From positions 1-49,415 of the forward strand of contig NW_021834366.1 of the NCBI RefSeq assembly GCF_006345805.1: 49,415 nucleotides of DNA. The letters run 5' to 3'. Positions 39,701 through 49,415 of the stretch are shown one piece after another. Every line of letters starts with the position of its first letter. The stretch's first letter is position 1. Source of the stretch: Octopus sinensis. Taxonomy: Eukaryota. The notes under the pieces were generated by a model, which searched no databases, had not been told where the DNA came from, and saw only the letters and a list, made by a program, of their open reading frames with translations. The position numbers and the translations under genes are program-made.

Positions 39701-40350
39701 GCCACGAATGTCGGCAGGTTGAGACCGGAGCCAGAGCGGATGCTTGGCATTTAGGTCGCCGCATAGCAGCAAGTCCTTCAGTCCGCAGAGTTTCAATAAG
39801 TTGGGTGTGTATTTTGGGATAAAAGAAGTCGTCGAGCTTTGCGGCGGGACATATACATTGCATAATGTAAAATGTCTTGAGGGTGAGAGAGGAACTTCTA
39901 TGGAGATTTGTTCAAGAATAGGATCGTCTTGACACAGGGAGGAAACGAATGTTGCAACGTCGGTGAACACAAGCCCATCCTTGATAATTGTCAATAGTCC
40001 TCCGCCAAGACATCTCGTCCGGTCCTTTCGCAGTACACTGTAGCCAGGGAACCGAGGTGTTGGGGATGACGCGGAGAGTTTAGACTCCTGGATGAGAACA
40101 ATGTCCACTTTTAGTCGGGATAGGAGGGAGCGTAACTCCAAGACCTTGCTTCGGACTCCATTGATATTCAGTTGTAGGATAACCAGAGAGTCGGGCCCCG
40201 GATTCGGTTCCACGTCGCCAGCCAGATGTAGGAAAGAGAAAGGGAAATTGAAAGGCAACCCCTCCCAAAGTCGTGGGGAGAGGAGAAGGTAGAACGGTTT
40301 TTTTCATGCAGAATATGCACTGGGCGCAACCACAACAACAGGTGAACCGC
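36793..40350 (-). mobile_element. Apparently full-length single-ORF APE-RT LINE (Ingi/Vingi-like) with an N-terminal 2A peptide
   Basis: 11-bp TSD ATCTTTATTTT (36782-36792, 40351-40361), (TAAA)n tail, ATG 40307, LAGDVEPNPGP, ILQLNINGV, IQESKL, GDLNAKH, SDH, CGPDGI, YRPIS, DIQKAFDSV, SVPQGSPLSP, YADD; a few frameshifts plus the MITE insertion. Confidence 0.92.
38132..38737. mobile_element. Ginger-like MITE (606 bp) inserted in the LINE RT region
   Basis: 29-bp TIR TGTCGCGAGCGCTGCGAGCGA(C/T)CGAGCGC, 5-bp TSD TATTA (38127-38131, 38738-38742); removing it plus one TSD restores LRTIPNIWKNSLITPILKPGK. Confidence 0.9.
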
Positions 40351-40668
40351 ATCTTTATTTTCAATCCAATTTGGTCAGTTTTTGTCTTTCTTTATCCTTT
40401 GACCCTTTGAGGGTGATATGCTGTTCTCAAATTCACTCCAAGAGAGGAACATAGAGACTGCCAATCGCCAAAATTTTCATGTGTTTCAATTATTATTTTT
40501 TTGTATCATCACTGTACTTGCGATATCTTGGTTTTTCAGTGATCAAACAATTTTCGATGACTTGAAAATGGTATATTCCGTAGACGTTAAAGAATAAATT
40601 TTAGTAAAAATAAATAAATCAATCAATTAAAATGAATAGGTTCCGAAAAAGAAGTAGTTTTATTATGA

Positions 40669-42613
40669 CTAAAGTGCTTCTATGGAGTTATCTTCAATTC
40701 TAGGGCTTTTATGGCTCCATTTGGAGGACGGTCTAAATATATTTCTATTATATATCTAAAAATATTAGCACATATAATTTTTACATAACAATGAACCAAA
40801 AACCCAATAGCATAGATCGGGATTGGAAGAATACAAAAAAGAGCTATCATTGTATTGATGTTCCGTGACAGTGGTGTTTCGGCTGTACCAGAAACAGCGT
40901 AATCGATATAGCCAGAAATAAGAACAAGCTGAAATTTAAAAACAATGACAAACTGACCAAACAAGAAACTGGAGTTAAGACCAAAAATGTAGTTTTCCAT
41001 ATAATTCCAGGACGTTTTCCAACCATTAGTTCAATTTCAGTTGCAAATTTTTCAAAGCCTAAAACTAAAAAAATGAAAATTAACCATAAACATACGCTAA
41101 ACATGAAATTTCAGACACAGCAACCCACAAATAACCCCAGCTTGTTCCGTTGTCGTAAATATCCACATAGCCATAACCACCCTAAATAAATGCGATTCAG
41201 AAATTTTACTCGGTATGTCATCGGAAGACCAAGGAGAAAGCTTATAAAACAAATGGCACCACGAACTGCTACACTTGCTTTTTTGCCGCAATTTGGAATC
41301 ATGTTTACTAAGGGCGTAATAAATCCCTCTGTGCTAGCAATCTAAAAAATGATTTTTAAACTATATTACCATTGTCCCGAATCCTAAACAGAACATCATT
41401 AAATAAAACAGCGTAGCCCAAAACTGTGCTCCTGGCAGAGCCGAAATGGAAGCGGGGTAGCTGATAAATACTAACTCACTTCCTATGTATAAATTAAAAA
41501 TATATATTCCAACCGTGTTTGGTAACTTCAGGAATTGTTTTATTAGACAAATAAGCAAGATGTCCTGTAGCTGAAAAAATAGCAAATCCGGAGTAGAACG
41601 ATGTAAAACTGTTTGCAAACGAAACAAAGAGAACATCAAACAAAAAATTGTTTTTGTATTTGTTAAAGCTAGATAGTGTAATGATTCCTCCTGAACATGT
41701 TGACAGTGAATAAAATATCTGTGTTGATGCTTCTTTCCATACCTGAATATAATTAATTTCAAATATATTACCGCTAATGAGGAAATTTTAGATATATCTG
41801 GCTGAATATAAAACTGGATCCCAGCTTTTGACCCTTTGAGGGTGACTCCCCTGATGAGAAGTATAGTCAGAATAATGTATGGCAAAATTGCTGTAAAGTA
41901 GACGACCTAATTATATTTTAAAAAAGTATGCATATTACTTTGCCAACAGTTTTCACTGATCTGGAAAGACTCAAAAATACCATAATCCAGGCAATCGCAT
42001 ATGTCCATGCTAATCCAGAATTGATACTCCCCATGTCACCAATATTTCCTGTGGTTTGTATTATTTTGTAGCTATTAAATTGCGTCATTCAATATATTAC
42101 TTAAAGAATTCTGCAGATGCTGTGCCTTTGGTGCCTATTATAGATCAAATATTCAATCGAAATACAGTTTATGTTCCAGGAATTGTTACAGGAAGACCAT
42201 GGTAATGTTTTACTCCACGAATAATACAAATATTGCAAAAATATTGAAACGAGAATGTTGTAATATATTCCAATAAACATTGAAATAAACACGCAAGAAT
42301 ATCCAATGCCTGGACAATATTAATTTGTTAACATACCTCTAAATATTGGGGAAATATCCCAGCATTGAATCATATCAAGTCCTGTAAACTGCCCCAATGC
42401 AACCTCCAAATAGAGAATCGGAACACCGATAAGAAATAGACTTATTATGTAGGGAATCAAAAAAATTCCTTATTTAGTTTAAAAATAATTCGAACCTCCT
42501 CCATATTTAAAGCACAAGTATGGAAATCGCCAAATATTGCCGAGACCAATAGCAAAAGACAGCAAAGTTAATATAAACTCGATGCTATTAGACCATTTAA
42601 GTTTTTCGCTCAT
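40669..42613 (-). CDS. SLC6/SNF sodium:neurotransmitter symporter family transporter
   Basis: [83 protein letters not shown]-terminal FRPSSKW; many micro-introns. Subfamily not assignable by eye. Confidence 0.93.
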
Positions 42614-42699
42614 TTTTTTGTCACATAATTTTTTTTATTTATATTAATTCTAACCACAAAATTATTTGTTAGCAATAGTTTGTTAATAGCAATTCCGCG

Positions 42700-43150
42700 T
42701 TGCCATAAGCACGTAGTGACTAAGGTTTCGTTCCTGCAGTACTCTCAACTATCCTTTTAGCCAGTTTTTTTCATGTACCCTTGTTCTTTGCGCGTTTACA
42801 AATATTCTCAAGATCGTCACTTGTTTTTGTCGGCCGTTAATAAATTAGATTTTAACCACAACTCATTACTAAGGCAGAGGTGAAGCGTGCATCTTGGCCG
42901 ATTCCGGAATCCAATTCTGTGTTTCAAGAAGTAATCTACAATAATTTCATTGCAAAGAATCATTTAGTTTATTCTCTGAACATGTCCGAAAAGTCTCTAG
43001 CGCGAGGTATCAACTTGCTTGCATAATTTCTATAGAGAGTGTCGTTTTTAATAATCTGTGGCCATTTGATAATCGCAATTTTTTTCAATTGATTTCTATA
43101 AAAACCGTCCAGTTTTTCAGGTCCATTTTGAAGTTACCCATTTTTCTGAG
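42700..43150 (-). mobile_element. Probable RTE-like LINE C-terminal fragment
   Basis: EKLDGFYRNQLKKIAIIKWPQIIKNDTLYR resembles the post-RT region of RTE ORF2. Confidence 0.45.
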
Positions 43151-43544
43151 TTTTATAATAAGATTAATTGAAAAAGAAACTAATTAACTAAGTAATTTTC
43201 TAACTAGATCCAGAGCTTTCGAAGTGAGCAGAGGATGGCACTCCACGCACCTCCTCCTTTTCTTCCTCCTCTTTTCTGGCACTGTAGACCTATAAGAAGG
43301 TGGGCAAGATAAATTTTACGAACACATTATACAAAAGTATCTGAAAATTTTAGGAGATAAGTTTTCTGCGTATCCAGATACTTCACATACGATGCCAACA
43401 TTTTTTGTGGGCAATTTTTTCAGCATCGCTCAAAAGCGACCAGTGCCTTTTATTAAACCTCCACTTCTCATCATTGCCTATCGATAGCCGCCGAATCAAA
43501 GTTAAGTTTTTTTTCCGAATTGATATTTTATTAATGGTCATAAC

Positions 43545-46065
43545 CAGGGCAACCACAAATATGACCTTAAAAATATGACTTTTTTGACCTTATAATTAGA
43601 AAATATGACCTTATTGGTTAGAAAAAATGACGTTATGGCCAGATAAATTGAGCAATCTTTTGGCCCTTTTTCGGAGGACTAAAATTTATAAATAATCAGA
43701 TTTTTAGTAACAAACCTTATTTTTAAATTTTTTGGACTTGTAGTTATCTAAATTAAAATAGTCAAAAATTCAAAATTTTAAATAAAATTTTCCTGAGGGT
43801 GGGATTTTACCCACAACCACGTACAGTGAAACCTCTCGAATCCGCTGCTTCTCGAATCCGCCGCTTCTCGAATCCGCTTGTTTTAATCAAAAATTTGAAA
43901 TTTCCTATGAATGATTCTTGAATCCGCTTGTTTCTCGAATCCGCTCCTCAAGTATTATGAAAAATAATTTTTTTATCTAATTGTAAGTTAAATTAATTAA
44001 CATTTTAAAATTCTCATTACACGTTAAATTGTATTTTTGTGATGCGTCGCTGTGTTAGACTTTCTATCAACGAAAAAATTTCTATACTACGTTATATTTC
44101 TGACAACCCATTCGTTTCTGCACCTCAAATTTCCAGGATTTTTTCTTCACGGTTAAAAAAGAAAATTTCTCCGAGAACTATAAACGACCTTAAATCAAAA
44201 TCGGACCTTTTGAATAGGACTGACATCAAAAAATTAAACCTAACGAGAATTCCAAAACTCAAATTTAATGAAATTGATGTAGCGATGATAACATGGATTA
44301 ACTTAATGGAATCTAGTGGAGCAATTCTATCAGATTCGATGTTAATTGCAAAAGCTCTTAAGTTTGGAAAAAATTTTCCAGAATTTAAAGCAAGTCGTGG
44401 GTGGCTAGAAAAGTTTAAATTACGAAATGGTATCAAGTTAAGAAAATTTCACGGAGACAGTGGATCAGTAAATCATGATGAAAAATCTATTACTGATTTT
44501 AATGAAACAATGAGTTTAAAAATTGAACAATATGGATTGGACAATGTTTATAATGCAGATGAAACTGGTGTTTTTTACAAGGCGATTCCTTCCAAAAGTG
44601 TGTGTACCAAATCACGGCCTGGAATAAAGTTGTCGAAGGATCGATTTTCGTTACTATTATGCGCAAATTGTTCTGGTTCCGATAAAAGAAGGCCTGTGAT
44701 GATAGGAAGATTCAAAAGTCCAAGGTGTTTTAAAAATTTCAACATTGGAAAATATGTTACCTACACCCATTCCAATAAGGCATGGATGAACCGTGAAATT
44801 TTTAACAAGTGGCTCAGTGATTTTGATTGTGAACTTGCAAAGAAAAAAAGAAAAATTCTACTTGTAATAGATCAATGTCCATCTCATCAAATTATTTAAT
44901 AATTATACTTAGGAAACAATTATTGAAGAGGAATCAAATGAGAAAAAAGTTGATCTCTCAGAAGCCTTCAGAGCTCTAGAGATTATTAAAACTTATGCTT
45001 CTCAGGTAAATGCAGATATAGATGATCATGAAAATATTATGAAAATTGGGGAAATGTTAAGAAAATCAATTAAAAAAATAAAATTTCTGATTTTTTTGAA
45101 TATAAATAATTTTATGTATTCAGTCATTTGTATATAAAAAGAAATACTTAATCTATATTGTAAGTTCATATTTCAACTATAAAATATTATTTAAATTGCC
45201 TCTCGAATCCGCCGATTTCTCGAATCCGCCGATTTTTTGGTCGGTCCCAAAATCGGCGGATTCGAGAGGTTTTACTGTACTTCCCAGAAAAACATGGTTA
45301 ATAAATCATTCACCTTATGTCAGTTCTAGCAGAACTTATATATTATTAAGAATTAAAATTTATTAAAATAAAACATTAAATAAGGTTTAATATTTTCATC
45401 CTTGAAGTTTCTGCCTTTCGCTAAAAGTTTATTTAGCATCGAGAAACTTCTTTCGACAGATAATGTGGTTCCCGGACATTTCCATAAATACACGAATAAT
45501 TCAGGAGGGAAATCTCTCAAATTAGCTTCTTGAATGCTATTTCATGGCATTGAATTTGTTCTTTTTAAATATTGTGCAATCTCACATGGATCTTTCCCAA
45601 AGTCGATAGAATGAATACATTGAATAGCATCTTTAACAGTATAAAAAGTACTAGAAACAAGATTTCTGGAATGTGTCTCACTAGGCAGTTTAAATCCCAA
45701 AGTTTTAAAAAAAAGTTTGAAAATAGACATCCCTTAATTTGAACAACGGAATATTTGTTTTGGTCATCATTTCGACCAAGCTAATTGCGAAAGACTCTTC
45801 GGAAACCACATCTTTAGAAATCAACTTAATTTGTACATTAAATTTTCCTGATTCTAATCTCTTTTTGTGTTTCAACGTTTGGCGATGTTGTTCAACGTTG
45901 AAACTTTTTCCATATTTAACAGGAACACAACATTTTAAACAATAAAGTCTCCCGTGATCATCCTCTTCGAATTCGTTAGGAAATTTGTTAATTATATTAT
46001 ATATTTTCTTTTTATTTGATTTTTTAGGTTTAGGCATCACAACAAATATATTTAAGCGTGCTTAA
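43545..46065 (-). mobile_element. hAT element (same family as 11354-12308), internally deleted and interrupted by pogo
   Basis: CAGGGCAACCA end at 43545, with ~240 bp matching 12070-12308 in inverse; N-terminal Zn finger (LYCLKCC..VEQHRQTLKH, TNIPLFKLR) and hAT dimerisation motif TTLSVERSFSMLNKLL; the high-coordinate end is missing. Confidence 0.8.
43824..45277 (+). mobile_element. pogo/Tigger-like transposon (1454 bp), internally deleted transposase
   Basis: TA TSDs, ~22-bp TIR CAGT(G/A)AAACCTCTCGAATCCG, multiple subterminal CTCGAATCCGC repeats; ORF 44039-44899 with CENP-B-like HTH (FKASRGWLEKFKLRNGI), YNADETG and VIDQCPSH, stopping before the third catalytic residue. Confidence 0.92.
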
Positions 46066-46618
46066 TCCACCTTGTATAATTGATCAGTTTAGCTTTTTTT
46101 GACGAAAATTAAATTGAGTTCTTAAAAATTGTTGGAATTTTACCAATTTACAATTCAATTCTAACCTGCGAACAATTAAAATTAAAATACAGTCTAAATA
46201 ATTTCGGCCAAATTCATATAAATGTAGCTGCACACTTTTTTAATTACTTAAGCTTCGAAAAAAATTTTCAGGCCTCCTTAGAAAAGCAAAATCCTAGAGT
46301 TTCTAATAAACTGACTCCAAAAAACTAAAAAAATAAAAACATAAACTTTTCCTAAGATAGTATCTAACAGTTAGTTAGTTGATAAGTTGGATCCGACTTT
46401 GCTAATATATAAAAACTTGCTGGGTATTAAAAATATTGACTGTTAATTGATTTTTCAGAAGAGACTTGAAGTTAACAAATACAAAGTGTGGGACAAGAAG
46501 GTCAAAAAACAAAAAGGGGATTTATTATTAATTAGATGTAGTTACTTTATAATTTGTAATGCTAGTTATTATAATTCAAAAAATAATAAATAAATTTGTT
46601 TGTGTATGTGTTGATTTC

Positions 46619-48963
46619 ATGGATCCAAGATTACCGGTGATTGAAATATGTAATGAACTTACTGAAGTATAAATACGTTTATAAATATAGAATATATCAT
46701 TTCTATCCGAGAACGTCGATAAAATAACAACCTTGCTCAAAAGATTGCCGTCTGTCTGTGAAAGCCTTCCTTCTGACGTTTTTCTTGGAGTTTTTAACAA
46801 ACTAATAAAGCCAACAATTGGTAGTGGGGCATCACTTAACGTTAGCTGAACTTATCTTCAAATGTTCTCGCAATCTATACAGCGGTGTCTCTTTATACGA
46901 TGCTCTCTGTCATCTTTTCGTGGTTAGTTGTGTCCATTTATAATAAAATAGTGTCTTTGTGGATTAAACAAGAAAGTGTTGGTTGTCTTAGTTGAGAATT
47001 TTGTCCCAAAGTTAATAAGTCTTATCTTAATAAAAGGCTTTAACAAAACTGCCTCAATCCAGGTTCATTGCATTAATAAACTAATTTAAAGATCATTTCT
47101 ACAGTGAACTGCTTGTTGTATCAGTCTCCTCGTATGGCAGTCGACAAACTATTCCCACAAAGTCCGGGATTCAAACAGAAAATGTTTTTTTCGATATTTT
47201 ATTAAAACAGGGTCGATTTATTCAAAAGTATTTTTACTTTTGGCGGTATACAAAAATATTTAATATTCAGACGTGGAATATCAGGCTGGGGTCTTTGAGT
47301 TACTTAATCACATCTACACACCCGGTGTGCTTCAAAGTGTATTGTCAGACTGTTTGGAGGAAGGAATGAATACTATTTTGAATAACCTTAACGAGTCTAA
47401 CTACGATGAGGTACTTTATTCCCCCAAAATTGGTAGAAAACACGAGAAATGTTAAATCTAGTCAATAAAAAAATGTCCACTGGGGTGAGGACTGCGGCTG
47501 GCTTGGAAATTTGTGTAGGGGGTTTCAAAATAGGGAAGGGCTGGCTTGATTTTAGCGAATGCACAAAAAAGTTTACATATACCGAGATTGTACCTGCTTT
47601 AAATGCATTTAGGCATCTGGGGATCTTCCAATCATAATACTTATATCAGAGATTGTTATATTCACTGCAAATGGTGGTAGCATTGAAGTACATTTGTAGG
47701 CTTAGATTTGGTCATAGTGGCTAATGACAGTGTTTATATACAGTTTAAATGGCCGGTTGGTCATGCAATCACCATCAGACTGGCTCCCGACGAAAATTCC
47801 AGTTCGTTCATTTCTTATCTTGAAAATGAATTTCTTGCCTTCAAAAATCGAGTTATTTATGCTTCATTGACATAATTTAGACAAACGTGAATGTTTGTGA
47901 AAACGCGGAGGAAATGTTATTTTTTGATAATATTAATTAGGAGTTGCAACGTGGGAAATACTAATAAATCAGTACAATATTTTGGATTATGTTAGCCCAA
48001 TAGAGTCGTTAGAGCTTCATCACAGAATAAACCAAAACGTCGTTCAAGCCTGTTTTTATCAAAGATGACGGCTTGGAATCGAAAGGTATTCTACTTTGTT
48101 AATATAATTAAGAATGATAAGCTAAAAAGGGGTTCTTTACCTCGTGTGACAAGTGAAGAAGGTCTTTGTTCTGCAGATTATATTACCGACAAAAATTCAT
48201 TAAAAAAGCATGTCGATATTCTCGGAAACAAGGACGGATCATACCAACAAAGTTCTTTTAATTCATTGGTACCAAATCTCGTGGAACCTTCTCCTAAAGA
48301 ATTAAAGCATAATTCAAACAATCGTCGCTCAATATGTGGAAATAAGTCAAATTTGGAAGAAATTAACATTTTTTCTCCAAAAAAGCGTCCCCGTCAAAAT
48401 TTGGTAAAGACTCCTTCAGTAGATATGGTTGCAAATTCCATGGCAAAGCGTGTTGACAAATGCATCGAGTTCATTGAACATACAACGAGTAAGCGGACAA
48501 GGTTTTGTTATAGTACAAAAATGCATTTGTAGTGAAATTAATATCGCCATTCGAAAAGTTTTAAAAGAGAATGAAGGACTAGTTGACAGGACAGAGAAAT
48601 TAGCACTCAAGATGAGAGGCGAGGACGAGAGAATGCGAGTACTAATTGTTGCTAATGGTTTATCAGATATCGTCGTCTATTTTATTAAATAAAATAACGG
48701 AGACGGTTAAAGTCCATGAAGAAAAGTATACTTTTATTGGTTGTTTTCAGTATTAATAAGTACGAGGAACAGCTTCTCATAATAAAACAAGAAATGAATA
48801 ATCTATTAATGGAGATTAATGATGTTTAAATTATATTTACTTAGTATTAGTTGAAGAAGCCTGAGATTAGTTGTTCTACGGTTAAAAATAAAATGATTGA
48901 ATATATCAAAGAACAATTCAAAGATTAATCATTTTTGTGATCGTTTTTTTTTCTTTGTTTATA
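46619..48963 (+). CDS. SYCP2: Synaptonemal complex lateral-element protein SYCP2-like (multi-exon)
   Basis: Spliced peptides FGDVEYQAGVFELLNHI, NESNYDE/KTREMLNLVN and GWLDFS align with recalled SYCP2 motifs (LGDYELQVAIVEALCRM, DSEFETDCRIFLNLVN, FWIDFN), followed by a basic S/T-P-rich region and a C-terminal coiled coil. The 3' end is approximate. Confidence 0.68.
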
Positions 48964-49415
48964 ATAAATTCGATGCTTTTAAATGATTTGATTCAAATAA
49001 CAGTTTTTATTTTTTGTGGATCCTATTAATATAAAATATAATCGTTTTGATGTAATAAAAGATCGGATACTGTGTGGGACGTTGAATTGACGATTTTTTA
49101 CTAGGGAACTATGAGTTTTTCTTTGAAAAGCAAGAAATATAAAAATTAAATATTATATTCTTGCGTATAAAATCACAATATTATTGTTTTTTGGAAATAT
49201 AAGTGATTATCTGAACCTAAAAACATTGCCTCTTTCGAAGTGCGTATTGAGATATTCAACTTAATCCACACATTCAAATTCTCGCACAACGATTGAAGTC
49301 GATGGGTTTTGAACTTTTTGGACCGCCTCAATATTTTTTTGTTTTCAAAACGACCAAAATTTTATTCAAAAAGAATAAATTATTTTTGGTAGAGACCCTA
49401 CAAAGTGTTCTAAAA

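Larger units (their letters stand above)
36553..40571 (-). mobile_element. Tc1/mariner-like MITE (~450 bp net) hosting the LINE insertion
   Basis: 14-bp TIR CCATTTTCAAGTCA (36553) / TGACTTGAAAATGG (ends 40571), TA on both sides; HTH-like remnant YRKYSDDTKK..IETHENFGDWQSLCSSLGVNLRTAYH at ~40530-40410. Confidence 0.72.

Noticed and set aside
40308-40350. HDV-like ribozyme in the LINE 5' UTR, as in L1Tc/Ingi
   Set aside because: I could find only small stems (TGCA-TATTC-TGCA; GCGGTT/AACCGT), not the nested double pseudoknot. An RNArobo or Infernal search would be needed.
43824-43950. Regularly repeated CTCGAATCCGC units resembling a CRISPR-like array
   Set aside because: They are pogo subterminal repeats with tiny irregular spacers in a eukaryotic transposon.
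49040-49415. Possible 3' part of a minus-strand gene at the window end
   Set aside because: Only short peptides, no motif, and truncated by the window edge.

Overview
AT-rich eukaryotic genomic DNA, standard genetic code (TAA/TAG/TGA are stops), tightly packed genes broken by very short GT-AG introns (mostly 23-33 nt). Ly6/uPAR, SYCP2-like, FoxK, Rab3 and SLC6 genes point to an animal; a reduced parasite lineage such as a myxozoan or dicyemid is my inference, not established. Host genes reconstructed by hand: RCC1L, YEATS4, a Ly6/uPAR three-finger protein, ALG14 (x2), SDHC (x2), SMC3, an SLC6 transporter, a SYCP2-like gene and two orphans, plus decayed Rab3 and FoxK and a U2 snRNA 5' fragment. 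A large share of the window is mobile DNA: Tc1 (DD35E, IR/DR ends), pogo/Tigger, several hAT, Ginger2/TDD-like integrase transposons, Ingi/Vingi-like APE LINEs, and CRE-, R4/Dong- and RTE-like fragments. A ~4.9-kb direct duplication (5083-9952 / 26151-31035) brackets ~16 kb. Most notable: Ginger-type DNA transposons whose transposase genes carry host-style micro-introns at partly different positions; a full-length single-ORF LINE starting with a 2A/StopGo peptide inside a three-level nest; a circularly permuted FoxK patch; and the duplication architecture. All alignments and family calls were made by eye or from memory; no searches were run. Some single-base frameshifts sit in homopolymers and may be assembly errors.
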